From positions 267,802 through 331,801 of the forward strand of contig CAWJKV010000002.1 in the NCBI GenBank assembly GCA_963843555.1: a DNA stretch of 64,000 nucleotides, read 5' to 3'. This DNA is from an uncultured Methanosarcinales archaeon. GTDB taxonomy: Archaea > Halobacteriota > Methanosarcinia > Methanotrichales > Methanotrichaceae. Under the pieces are notes generated by a model. It made no database searches. It saw only the letters and a program-made list of their open reading frames with translations, and had not been told where the DNA came from. Position numbers and translations under genes: made by a program. Positions 1-9,041 of the stretch are shown piece after piece (within the stretch, counting starts at the first letter, position 1; each line of letters opens with the position of its first letter).

Positions 1-51
1 CCGTGGCCTCCGCCTTGCGAAGGCGGCGATCTACCACTGATCTACAAGCCC
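1..51 (-). tRNA. tRNA-Ala(CGC), 5' part; 3' end runs off the window start
   Basis: Reverse complement reads GGGCTTGTAGATCAGTGGTAGATCG-CCGCC-TTCGCAA-GGCGG-AGGCCACGG: acceptor 5' strand, D-arm with TGGTA, and a 5-bp anticodon stem with anticodon CGC. Confidence 0.9.
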
Positions 52-77
52 AATTGTCGCCAAAACAATAGAGTGGT

Positions 78-347
78 TTAGAGGAGTCCGACCTCTTCCA
101 CTTCTACAGATTCTACACCAGCGAGCTTGCGGACGGATTCTTCTATTTCATCCGGGCTGTGGCCGCCCTTATCATCCATAATGGTCACAACTATCAAGGC
201 CTTCAAGCCAAAAGCTATGGGCATCTCCTCGATAGCATGCATCCTGGCAAAGCTGGGCACTGCTTTCCTGATCTCTTCCGCCAGCTTGCCCAGATCCACA
301 TCTGTGCTCTCCGGCATAACCTTCATTCTTACCGCGGCGTCTCCCAT
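78..347 (-). CDS. ef1b: archaeal translation elongation factor 1-beta
   Basis: 89 aa with KVMPES.DVDL and PIAFGLKAL motifs and an acidic C-terminus. Confidence 0.95.
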   Translation of the reverse strand: MGDAAVRMKVMPESTDVDLGKLAEEIRKAVPSFARMHAIEEMPIAFGLKALIVVTIMDDKGGHSPDEIEESVRKLAGVESVEVEEVGLL

Positions 348-358
348 TCTCTCCTACC

Positions 359-529
359 TCACGGTCCTGTGAAGCCGCAGGCTTTGCAGGTATAAACGTT
401 GCTCTGCTTTTTACATCGGTTGCATCTGGCAATCACGGTTCCGCAGCTTGGGCAGGGAAACCTCGTCCCGCCCACGCCGGTCAGCGTAATGCCACATGAT
501 ATGCATTTCTCTGGCAGTTCTTCCTTCAT
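359..529 (-). CDS. small Zn-ribbon RNA-binding protein (DUF1610/HVO_2753-like); absent from the ORF track
   Basis: Manual translation MKEELPEKCISCGITLTGVGGTRFPCPSCGTVIARCNRCKKQSNVYTCKACGFTGP (56 aa, four CxxC, ends GFxGP); sits upstream of EF-1beta as is usual in archaea; GGAG upstream. Confidence 0.9.
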   Translation of the reverse strand: MKEELPEKCISCGITLTGVGGTRFPCPSCGTVIARCNRCKKQSNVYTCKACGFTGP

Positions 530-572
530 GTTATCTCCCTCCTGATTGATGTATTTCCCTGTATAAACCTTC

Positions 573-1220
573 CTATTGGCCCTTGATGACAGTGCCGCCT
601 TTTCCCTCTTTCAAAGACCTAACAAACCGCTCTGGATCAGTGCCGCTCATCACCCAAACGCTTCTCCCTTTGAGGCGATCACATAGAAGGTTGAGGGTAC
701 CCTGATCAATACAGCTCTCAAATCCCAGCAGGGAACTTGCAGATACCTCTTCAACCACCTTTCCATCCAGTATCACGCCATCCACATCGGTGGCCTTGAT
801 GAACGGAGCAGAGAGCTGAGATGCCACAAGCAGGGCCACAGAATCGGATGTGTAGTCCCAGTTATGCTTCAGGCCGATCTCCAGGCCAGAGTTCTCTCTT
901 TGCATGGACTGGTAGGGCAAGAGGATCTCCAGACGGGGGTTGCCCTGTGGACGGCGAATTTCACAGGTCAGACGGATTCCGGTTCCATCTGCCAGAAAAT
1001 AGGCATACTGCTCCATGGCCAGGATTGCCATCCAGTGCGCAGCCTCCTGGCTGAGTTCGCCGCAGGAGAAGATCTCTCGCACCAGATCAGCCATTGGCCC
1101 TCCGCCCGGGACCACCAGGAAGCTGTAGTCCTCCACCTCCGCGAGGGCTCTGAGGGCTCGCACGAGCTCCCGGGCACACGGCATGAGGCTCCCCCCCAGC
1201 TTTAGCACATAAAAGGGCAT
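573..1220 (-). CDS. amino-acid-kinase family protein (MfnE-like / uridylate-kinase-like)
   Basis: VLKLGGSL, VVPGGG..AD, AHWMAILAM, TSDSVA and KATDVDG motifs. Confidence 0.8.
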   Translation of the reverse strand: MPFYVLKLGGSLMPCARELVRALRALAEVEDYSFLVVPGGGPMADLVREIFSCGELSQEAAHWMAILAMEQYAYFLADGTGIRLTCEIRRPQGNPRLEILLPYQSMQRENSGLEIGLKHNWDYTSDSVALLVASQLSAPFIKATDVDGVILDGKVVEEVSASSLLGFESCIDQGTLNLLCDRLKGRSVWVMSGTDPERFVRSLKEGKGGTVIKGQ

Positions 1221-1435
1221 GGACAGGAGTAATCAGCCTATGGTATTTCAGCTTCGTTATTATGGGTGACGGCTTTGTTGCAAAAAGGTAGCCAAAGGCC
1301 GATTGGATGTAGGGTAGGGAGGGATCTTTGATAATCGACCTTTGCCGTACATCCATCCGACTTCAGTCGTAGATAAGCCTTTTGGTTGTGATAAATGAGA
1401 TATGAAAATGAGATAGAAATGGGACAGTATGGATA

Positions 1436-1900
1436 ATGAATGAGATAACAATGAGGATAATGATTGAGATGAAGAACGAGATTAAGACACCTCTCCTGGC
1501 GGTTGACGCCGTAATACTATTTCAGGCAGGAATTGTGCTCATAAAAAGAGAGAACCCGCCCTATCAGGGCTGCTTTGCCCTGCCAGGAGGATTTGTGGAG
1601 ATCGGCGAGACGGTCGAAGATGCGGTGGCCAGAGAAGCTCGGGAGGAGACCGGCCTTGCCATCGATCTATTGGGTCTAGTGAGCGTCTACTCCGATCCCG
1701 GACGCGACCCCCGGGGCCACGTGGTCTCAGCTGCCTATCTCTGCAGAGGTATGGGCGAGCTCGTATCCGGATCTGATGCCAGATCGGCAGAGGTCTTTCC
1801 TCTGACGAAGCTTCCAAGGCTCGCCTTTGATCACGACAAAATAATCAGAGATGCTCTTCATCTGGCCGAACGCCTCGATGCATGCATCAAATTAAAGTAG
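1436..1900 (+). CDS. NUDIX hydrolase (ADP-ribose pyrophosphatase-like); true start probably ~1469
   Basis: Nudix box GGFVEIGETVEDAVAREAREETG, plus RDPRGH and LAFDH. Confidence 0.9.
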   Translation: MNEITMRIMIEMKNEIKTPLLAVDAVILFQAGIVLIKRENPPYQGCFALPGGFVEIGETVEDAVAREAREETGLAIDLLGLVSVYSDPGRDPRGHVVSAAYLCRGMGELVSGSDARSAEVFPLTKLPRLAFDHDKIIRDALHLAERLDACIKLK

Positions 1901-1901
1901 A

Positions 1902-3602
1902 GTGATTGAAATTAGCTGCTCGATGGAAGAGATCAGAGAGCTCATCGAGAAGTATGCGCTGCAGAACGCGGTGAAGTACAGGGCCGCCCCTAACGCCGGG
2001 GCGGTTATGGGCAAGCTCATGGGCGAGCACCCCGAGCTGCGCGGCCGGGCCAAAGAGGTATCGCCCCTGGTCAAAGAAGTATTGGCCGTAGTGGAAAAGA
2101 CCAGCCCAGAGGAGTGGCAGAAGAGGCTGGAGGCAATTGCTCCTGAACTTCTGGTGCAGCTCTCGGAGAAAAAAGAGCCTGACAAGGGTCTGCCTGCCCT
2201 GCAAGACGCAGAAAATGGCGTTGTTATGCGCTTTGCCCCCAATCCCAATGGACCGCCGACTCTGGGCAGCGCGCGGGGCATCATAGTCAACTCCGAGTAT
2301 GTCAAAAAGTATGGTGGAAAGTTCATCATCCGCTTTGATGACACCGATCCCGTGAAGAAGCGCCCCATGCCTGAAGCTTATGGCTGGTATCTGGAGGATT
2401 GCCAATGGCTTGACGCCAAGCCGGATCAGGTTATCACAGCCAGCGAGAGGGTTGACCTGTACTACCCGATCGCAGAGGAGCTGATCCGCTGTGGCGGGGC
2501 GTACGTCTGCGGCTGCGCGCAAGCGGCCTTCAAAGAGCACAAAGACAAAGGAATAGAGTGCAGGCATAGAGGCCGGAGCGTGGAGGAGAACCTGCTTCTC
2601 TGGAGCCAGATGCTCGACGGGATCCTTGGAGAGGGCGATGCTGTGTTGCGGGTCAAGACCGACATGCACCACAAAGACCCGGCTATACGGGATTGGCCGG
2701 CGTTTCGCATCGTCACCGCCTCTCATCCGCTCGTGGGGAACAAGTATCGCGTCTGGCCGCTGCTCGATTTCGAGTCAGCCGTGGAGGACCACCTGCTGGG
2801 GACGACGCACATCATCCGGGGCAAGGATCTGACCGATAGCGGAAGCCGGCAGAGGTATCTTTATTCTTATCTGGGCTGGCGCTACCCCCATGTCATCCAC
2901 TGGGGCAGGGTCAAGATCCACCAGTTCGGATCCTTCAGCACCAGCAAATTAAGGAAGTCCATTGAGGCCGGGGAGTACACCGGCTGGGAGGACCCGCGCG
3001 TGCCAACAGTGCGGGCCATGCGCTGCCGGGGCATCCGGCCCGAGGCACTGCGCAAGTTCATGATCGACCTGGGCGTGGGCGAGACGGACATCAGCATCAG
3101 CATGGACTCCATATATGCCGAAAATAGAAAGCTGATCGATCCGGAGGCGAACCGCCGCTTCTTCGTCTGGGATCCAGTAGCCCTGGAGATTGAGGGCGAG
3201 GTGCCCGCGCTGGCGCACGCGCCCCTGCATCCCACTGCGGAGCGGGGCGTACGGGATATTCCAGCCGGGAACAGGGTCTTCATCTGCAAGAGCGATCTTG
3301 AAGCCTTCAAGGTTGGGGATAATATTCGGCTCAAGGATCTGTGCAATGTGGAGATCACTGCCATGGAGCCGGCAAAGGCGCGCTTCCTGGGCAAGGACAT
3401 GGGCAAGAGGACCAAGATCATCCACTGGGCGCCAGAAGATGGTGTGAAGGTGCGGGTGATGAGGCCGGATGGCATCGACGAGGGGATTGGCGAAGCAGGA
3501 ATTGCCGAGGAGCTGGGCAAAGTTGTGCAGTTTGAGAGGTATGGATTTGTGCAGATCAATTGCCTGGGAGAGCCGATAGTGGCGTATTTTGCGCACAGGT
3601 GA
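1902..3602 (+). CDS. gltX: glutamyl-tRNA synthetase (archaeal type)
   Basis: RFAPNPNGPPTLGSARG (HIGH-like), RFDDTDP, THIIRGKD, FSTSK and QFERYGF motifs. Confidence 0.97.
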   Translation: MIEISCSMEEIRELIEKYALQNAVKYRAAPNAGAVMGKLMGEHPELRGRAKEVSPLVKEVLAVVEKTSPEEWQKRLEAIAPELLVQLSEKKEPDKGLPALQDAENGVVMRFAPNPNGPPTLGSARGIIVNSEYVKKYGGKFIIRFDDTDPVKKRPMPEAYGWYLEDCQWLDAKPDQVITASERVDLYYPIAEELIRCGGAYVCGCAQAAFKEHKDKGIECRHRGRSVEENLLLWSQMLDGILGEGDAVLRVKTDMHHKDPAIRDWPAFRIVTASHPLVGNKYRVWPLLDFESAVEDHLLGTTHIIRGKDLTDSGSRQRYLYSYLGWRYPHVIHWGRVKIHQFGSFSTSKLRKSIEAGEYTGWEDPRVPTVRAMRCRGIRPEALRKFMIDLGVGETDISISMDSIYAENRKLIDPEANRRFFVWDPVALEIEGEVPALAHAPLHPTAERGVRDIPAGNRVFICKSDLEAFKVGDNIRLKDLCNVEITAMEPAKARFLGKDMGKRTKIIHWAPEDGVKVRVMRPDGIDEGIGEAGIAEELGKVVQFERYGFVQINCLGEPIVAYFAHR

Positions 3603-3620
3603 TCTTTGAGACTGCAGAGC

Positions 3621-3959
3621 CTATTCTCGCAGCCTTTCTTTTATCTCTTTCATGACGTCTTCCAGATTCATTTCCATCGACTCCTCCAGTTGAGGAGTAT
3701 GTTTATGATGGGGAAAAGTGCGAAGATCATCATGATGGGGAGCGTTATCCCATCGTATTCTCATGGATCCGTTTTGATCCTGCCAGTGATAAGAATAAAG
3801 AAAACTATCAAGTGAACGATACTCTTTAATATACAGCTGACTGTCGTCGACCAGGACAACCTTTACGCGAAGAAAGTAGAAGCTTTCACCGCTCTTGAAG
3901 TCCAGGATTTCAAAGCTCTTGATTAGATTATCCTTTAGCGATTCTAAAGTCCGTCGCAT
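3621..3959 (-). CDS. DUF6516 / TumE-like toxin
   Basis: YSYHWQD...IRWDNAPHH...FPHHKH motif; ATG at 3959 overlaps the upstream partner gene. Confidence 0.8.
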   Translation of the reverse strand: MRRTLESLKDNLIKSFEILDFKSGESFYFLRVKVVLVDDSQLYIKEYRSLDSFLYSYHWQDQNGSMRIRWDNAPHHDDLRTFPHHKHTPQLEESMEMNLEDVMKEIKERLRE

Positions 3960-4218
3960 ATTCAATCTTTTTGAGCTTAGATTCGAGATCTTGAAGGCTG
4001 TCTGTATAGGCTTTCCACTCGATGAAATCATCCCAGAGTTCGAAATCCTCTGGAAGCTGGCTGATTCTTTCCTCGAAAGCCGCAATATCGCAGCCGTATT
4101 TATTTTCGAATGACCTTATTCTCTCTTTTACAGGAGATATCTCGGAGATCAGTTTCAGTCTCTCAAATGTCCTTATGTCATCCACGGATACTACGATGCT
4201 CGCATCTTCGCTCATCAA
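3928..4218 (-). CDS. putative antitoxin (TumA-like) partner of DUF6516
   Basis: ~95 aa with FENKYG...F and WDDFIEWKAY pattern; coupled to the DUF6516 gene; GAAATTTATA promoter-like box just upstream. Confidence 0.65.
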   Translation of the reverse strand: MMSEDASIVVSVDDIRTFERLKLISEISPVKERIRSFENKYGCDIAAFEERISQLPEDFELWDDFIEWKAYTDSLQDLESKLKKIEYATDFRIAKG

Positions 4219-4261
4219 AGAGTATATGAGGCCTTATAGTATAAATTTCATGCCTCCATTG

Positions 4262-4336
4262 CTTTGTTCTCTCATTGGACAGGGATTCCAGATAGCCGAC
4301 TATAGCCTCTTTGATGTTCTTCAAGGCCTTCTCTGC
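4262..4336 (-). pseudogene. HicB antitoxin fragment
   Basis: Translates as EKALKNIKEAIVGYLESL, the conserved HicB helix; no start codon. Confidence 0.55.
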
Positions 4337-4371
4337 AAAACCGACTGGAAGTTCCAGAAAGCAGCGGCCTA

Positions 4372-4728
4372 TTGATGGCCAATGATGAGATCCTGACGAT
4401 AAAGGACCTTTTCGAGCTGCACCTGCCAGGAGCCAGGCTCGCCACCCTCTCAGCCTGTGAGACAGGAGTGCCAGGCACCAGGCATCCGGACGAGGTGGTA
4501 TCCCTTCCCTCTGCCTTTATCCGGGCGGGCTTCGCCGGGGCCATCGGATCTCTCTGGACTGTGTCCGATAAGAGCACAGCCACACTCATGACAAGCTTCT
4601 ATCAGCACTGGCGGGAGAAAGGCATGCCGCCTGTGCAAGCCCTGACAGAGGCCCAAAAGGGGCTGCGAGGGGAAGAGAGGTTCCGGCATCCATTCTACTG
4701 GGCTGCATTCTATATGACTGGAGTATGA
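4372..4728 (+). pseudogene. CHAT (caspase-like) domain C-terminal fragment
   Basis: TLSACETG, AGAIGSLWTVSD and HPFYWAAF motifs; the N-terminal part, including the catalytic His, is missing. Confidence 0.8.
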
Positions 4729-4941
4729 TCAAGGGAAAAGCGCAGCCGCCAGGCATATCTGGTCTACGAGCCGGTCAGGATAAAGCCTGCAGCAAACAGC
4801 GCCAGGGAGTGGTTGAAGGCATTCGGCATTATGCTGCCGCGGGGGATGGGCAGACCAGGTCTGTTCACGGCATCGATCACCTGGTCATAGTAGTCATTGA
4901 CAGCGTTCCCCGCGCTTGTGACCAGGAAGGCGGCAAATGAG
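4728..4941 (-). pseudogene. internally deleted, diverged copy of the DGGGP synthase gene
   Basis: Translates FLVTSAGNAVNDYYDQVIDAVNRPGLPIP...SLALFAAG, then ICLAAALFP*, matching the N-terminal part and last residues of 8210..9019. Confidence 0.85.
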
Positions 4942-4965
4942 ATTATCGATCGCCCCTTGAGAGCT

Positions 4966-6134
4966 GGTAGTCTACCTTAAATAAGTTTATATGCCTTCAT
5001 TGCATGATTTAATCGGGGAAAGCAATGAAGACAGATCGATTAGCTTTAGCAGGTTCGTTTTGTTGGAATAGAGACTGTCCTGGCTATGGCAAAGTAGATC
5101 ACGGAAACATAGTCCGGTATGGTCGCACCGACAAGGGCACGCAGCGTTTGAAATGCAAAATCTGTGGCAGAGTATTCGTAGGGAATAAAGGGACTATATT
5201 TTATGGCTTGCATCATAGCCCAAAAGAAATCCTGGAATGCCTGGCTATGCTTGCCGAAAGGAACAGTCTGGCAGCCATCCATAGAGTAAAAGGGATAAAA
5301 GAGGAAACCGTTCTGGATTGGCTCCGCAAAGCTGCAAACCATGCTGAGGAGATCGAAACGTTATTGCTTGCTAACCATCATCTGACTCGTGTTCAGCTTG
5401 ATGCCATGTGGACTTATGTAGGTCATAAGGGGGAAAAAGCAACCATCCCGAGGAGCCCAATCGAGGTACCTTCTGGCGAGGCACTGCTATAGATATTGAT
5501 ACGAGGCTGAGGGTGGCACGTGCAATAGGAAAGAATGAGGAAGAAGTCGCAGTGGTTATGATGTCGCAAATAAGAGATCGCTGCAATCCTATTGAACCCC
5601 CGGCGATATCAAGCGACGGAAACGATAGCTATCCTGAAGCAATGCTTGAAACCTGGGGAAAGTTGCCTGAATACACAGGTCGAGGAAGACCTCCAACACA
5701 CAAACAACCGCAACCTGGATGGAAATGCCTTCAAGTGACCAAGCATCGTTCTGGCAGCAGGTTGATTGGCGTCACTCACAAAGTGGTCTACGGCGATCCT
5801 AGCGAAGTGCCAGATTTTATGGGTCTTAATACCGCCTACGTCGAAAGGACGAATCTAACCTCGCGACAAATGAATGGAAGAATGGTTCGAAAAACACTAT
5901 CATTCTCTAAAGAAGAGGAGATGCTACGAGCATCTTGTGCCCTGGAGGACGTGGTATATAACTTAGCAAGACCGCTTAAATCATTAAGAGTAGAGGTCAA
6001 TAATGATCAGCGACGATGGGAACCCAGATCTCCTGCTATGGCAGCTGGCATAACTGATCATATCTGGACAATTGGCGAGATTATGATGATGTTAGCGGTT
6101 CCTGAGAGAAACAACGCATAATGGGGGGACTACC
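4966..6134 (+). mobile_element. IS1-family insertion sequence, complete, 1169 bp
   Basis: Ends GGTAGTC (4966) and GACTACC (6134); 8-bp direct repeat TGAGAGCT at 4958-4965 and 6135-6142; contains a transposase. Confidence 0.92.
5025..6121 (+). CDS. IS1-family transposase in two frames joined by a -1 shift near 5430-5440
   Basis: N-terminal Zn ribbon (CWNRDC...CKIC), HTH and QLDAMWTYVG; second frame has SSDG, NTAYVERTNLT.R and SPAMAAGITDHIW; GGGGGAAAAAG at the junction. Confidence 0.88.
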
Positions 6135-6180
6135 TGAGAGCTGAACACATGCTGTAATCTTGTCTGTCATTCTTTGCTAA

Positions 6181-7206
6181 CTATAATCGGTTTCTCAATT
6201 CATTCGCTTTGGCGACGGAAGGTATAATAATATTTTCTTCAAAGTAATCTAGTAAGCCTTCAGTATTTGAATAGTAATATATTTCTAGAACCCATGGATA
6301 ACATCTTATAGCATCGAACATTCCCCATGGGTCATGTCCTTCCTGTAATATCGGCTTAACAGGGACTGAGGGCAGCGCCGGCACTATAGACACAAGTTCC
6401 TGAGGGACGCTCTGTGGCTCTGTAATGTCCACAATAATGAACCGTGCTAACCGGGCAAGCAATGTAATTGTTTCAAGCGTGTTTCTTTCGGCTGGCGGTC
6501 TGAAATCGAACAACACTGGCAGATAACCAAAGTCTCTAAGTCTGTCTTTTATGGCAATAAGTAAGGGTTTTCTTGTATCTGTGAAACGACCCAGAATAAG
6601 TACGACTTTCTTCGCTACGGTGTCAATGACATCACGAATCTTTTCATTGTGAAGGAGAAGATAAATAAATTGTGCGACTTCAAGGTTATCAACTGTTATC
6701 ACAGGTTCGCTAAATGGGGTTATTATCAGATCCTTCTGAATGGCATCCTTCAGTTTTAGCCCCCAGGCAGACAATCCGTAGACTCTGCATCCATTAAGGA
6801 TTGATTTTTCGAGGTTGGTATCTACAAGAATAGTACCTATAAGGTCTGTTCCTGTTAGATCTGCACCACTAAGATCTGCACCAGTTAAATTCGCTCCATT
6901 CAAGCATGCACCCGTAAGGTTTGCATTAGAGAGATTCGTCCAAAGGAAAAACACTCCGGGAAGGTTCGCCTCCGACAGGTTTGCCCCCTTGAGATTCGAA
7001 AAGCTTAACGTCGCTCCATTAAAATCCACCTTACAGAAGTTTGACCCTTCAAGATCCACCGATACACCACTAATGTGTGCTCCTGTGAAGTCTACATATT
7101 CATCTGGATTATCCTCTCGCCACTGATTCCAAGCAGCCACTCCTTGTCGAAGGATATTGAGCAATTCCCTATCTGCCATAGAAACAAAAGGGTACTGAGT
7201 GTTCAT
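6181..7206 (-). CDS. pentapeptide-repeat protein with C-terminal alpha/beta (TIR/NDT-like) domain
   Basis: A(N/D)LxG repeats in the N-terminal half; C-terminal VVLILGRF...FIIVDIT..SVPQEL; visibly AT-richer than flanking core genes. Confidence 0.8.
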   Translation of the reverse strand: MNTQYPFVSMADRELLNILRQGVAAWNQWREDNPDEYVDFTGAHISGVSVDLEGSNFCKVDFNGATLSFSNLKGANLSEANLPGVFFLWTNLSNANLTGACLNGANLTGADLSGADLTGTDLIGTILVDTNLEKSILNGCRVYGLSAWGLKLKDAIQKDLIITPFSEPVITVDNLEVAQFIYLLLHNEKIRDVIDTVAKKVVLILGRFTDTRKPLLIAIKDRLRDFGYLPVLFDFRPPAERNTLETITLLARLARFIIVDITEPQSVPQELVSIVPALPSVPVKPILQEGHDPWGMFDAIRCYPWVLEIYYYSNTEGLLDYFEENIIIPSVAKANELRNRL

Positions 7207-7214
7207 TATATAAA

Positions 7215-7340
7215 ACAGGAGTATGATCAGGGGAAAAGCTCCGTATCAAGGAACGCCACCAGCGCCATGGCCATTCTCTTCTTTATCGCCTTCTGGGAAT
7301 CATGAAGAGAAAGATGCTGACGAGCAGGAGAGGTTGAGAC
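7215..7340. repeat. second decayed copy of the CHAT-stop / DGGGP-synthase-3'-end junction
   Basis: CAGGAGTATGATCAGGGGAAAAGC matches 4719-4742; ACGCCACCAGCGCCATGGCCATTCTCTTCTTTATCGCCTTCTGGGA matches 8236-8281. Confidence 0.85.
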
Positions 7341-7441
7341 AGATCATTGTCTTCACTTGCGGGGGCACGCGCGCGCGGCGAGCGAACTTTCCAGCAGGCA
7401 ACGACAAAGTCCAAATACGAAAAAGGATAACAATCAAAAGA

Positions 7442-8089
7442 ATGCTCAAGCTAACCGCCTATGTCTCCGGAAAAGTGCAGATGACCGGCTACAGGTCTAA
7501 GGTAGTGACCATAGCCAGGGCATTTGGCCTCAAGGGATATGTGAGGAACCTGCCTGACGGCAGGGTGAAGATCGTTGCAGAGGGCCCTGATGCCGATCTG
7601 GAGAGGTTCCTTAAAGCCGTCAGGATCAAAGACACCCTGATCGATGTGGTGGAAATCGAAGCGGAATTTTCTGATGCCACCGGAGCTTACGAAGAATTTT
7701 TTAAAATTGCGGGAGAGAGGGAGACCGACGCCCGCCCGGACCAGGCTTCAGAGTATCTCAAAGAGCTGATATCTGCCGTGCGAGAAGGATTCAGGGATTA
7801 TGGTTTAAAGCTCGATAATATTTGCTCTAAATTGGATAACTTAAACTCCAAGCTCGATGGTATGGGATCCAAGCCGGATAGCGCGGATTCCAAGCTGGAT
7901 GGCATGAGCTCCTGCTTAAAAGAGATCTCAGGTAAACAGGATCAAATTATCGATACGATAGACGACGCCCGTGGGGAGGTCGTCTCTGAGATTCAGGGCA
8001 TGCGCTCGGATCTGAAGGGCCGCACAGAAGAGAGGCTGCAGAGGATCGAAAGCGATGTGACGGAGATTAAGGCCAGAATGAGGTCTTAA
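7442..8089 (+). CDS. acylphosphatase domain with long coiled-coil C-terminal extension
   Basis: VSGKVQMTGYR and GYVRNLPDGRVKIVAEG; heptad repeats KLDNICSKLDNLNSKLDGM; ATG at 7442 preferred over the ORF-track start. Confidence 0.85.
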   Translation: MLKLTAYVSGKVQMTGYRSKVVTIARAFGLKGYVRNLPDGRVKIVAEGPDADLERFLKAVRIKDTLIDVVEIEAEFSDATGAYEEFFKIAGERETDARPDQASEYLKELISAVREGFRDYGLKLDNICSKLDNLNSKLDGMGSKPDSADSKLDGMSSCLKEISGKQDQIIDTIDDARGEVVSEIQGMRSDLKGRTEERLQRIESDVTEIKARMRS

Positions 8090-8108
8090 CTCTCCGTCGC
8101 GATTGACA

Positions 8109-8206
8109 GATGGCCAATGATAAGGTTCTGACGATAAAGGATCTCTTCGAGCTGCACCTGGTAGGAGCCCGGCTTGCCACCCTCTCTGCCTGCGAGACGG
8201 GCGTGT
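8109..8206 (+). pseudogene. second CHAT-domain fragment
   Basis: MANDKVLTIKDLFELHLVGARLATLSACETGV, a near copy of 4375-4470; abuts the DGGGP synthase stop codon. Confidence 0.85.
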
Positions 8207-8209
8207 TAT

Positions 8210-9019
8210 TCAAGGAAATAATGCCGCTGCGAGAAACGCCACCAGCGCCATAGCCATTCCCTTTTTTATCGCCTTCTGGGACCCGGCCGCATCTCCTCTC
8301 ACGACCTTGAAAACGGAGAGCAAAAGGAACAGGTCCGCCACCGCCACTATAACCAGATACGCCCTGCCAAAGGGGGCGAAGAAGCTCAGGGCCACCGCCA
8401 TAAGACCGAATGCCCCGGCCAGGGATGCTGCCGCGCGCTCGCCCGCTATTATGGGCAGCGTCCTGGCTCCGCCCTGGCGGTCGCCCGCCATATCCTCGAT
8501 GTCTTTTGCGATCTCCCGGCTCATGCTGGCCAGAAAGGAGAGCCCGAAGGGAACCAGATTGGCGATGATGCCCGCAGTCCCGGCAGCCGCGCCTCCAAAA
8601 AGGAAGGTCGAGCCGGTCAGGAATGCGACGGAGATATTTCCGGCCAGAGGTGTGGCCTTGAGGTTGCGGGCATAAAAGAACAGGAGAGCAGAGTTGAAGA
8701 CAGCTACGGCGAGGCATATCTCGTTTACAAGCCCCGCCAGGATGCATCCTGCAGCAAATAGTGCCAGGGAATAATAGAAAGCCGTCCGGGGCAGGATGCG
8801 GCCGCTGGGAATGGGCCGCCCGGGTCTATTTATGGCATCGATATCTCGATCATAGTAATCGTTGATGGCGTTTCCCGCTCCCGTGATCAGGAAAACCGCA
8901 AGAAAAATGAGTGCTGTCGCTTCAGGTTTTATGCCCCCGGCGATGGCCAGACCGATGATGGCTGCGACGCCAGCCATAATGCAATTATAAGGGCGCAAAA
9001 TCTCCCAGAATGCCTTCAA
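8210..9019 (-). CDS. digeranylgeranylglyceryl phosphate synthase (UbiA family)
   Basis: GNAINDYYDRDIDAINRPGRPIPSG and REIAKDIEDMAGD motifs; multi-pass membrane protein. Confidence 0.93.
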   Translation of the reverse strand: MKAFWEILRPYNCIMAGVAAIIGLAIAGGIKPEATALIFLAVFLITGAGNAINDYYDRDIDAINRPGRPIPSGRILPRTAFYYSLALFAAGCILAGLVNEICLAVAVFNSALLFFYARNLKATPLAGNISVAFLTGSTFLFGGAAAGTAGIIANLVPFGLSFLASMSREIAKDIEDMAGDRQGGARTLPIIAGERAAASLAGAFGLMAVALSFFAPFGRAYLVIVAVADLFLLLSVFKVVRGDAAGSQKAIKKGMAMALVAFLAAALFP

Positions 9020-9041
9020 TGCTACAGGTCCCCTGCGGCCT

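Noticed and set aside
1271..1358. GGCTTTGTTGCA (IS903-like end) and an adjacent TGGATGTA...TACATCCA hairpin
   Set aside because: No matching opposite end, target duplication or transposase; too short to support a call.
1887..3596. Long antisense ORFs over gltX, and likewise over purB, glnA, gltB and fdh
   Set aside because: Shadow frames expected from GC-rich codon bias opposite well-supported genes.
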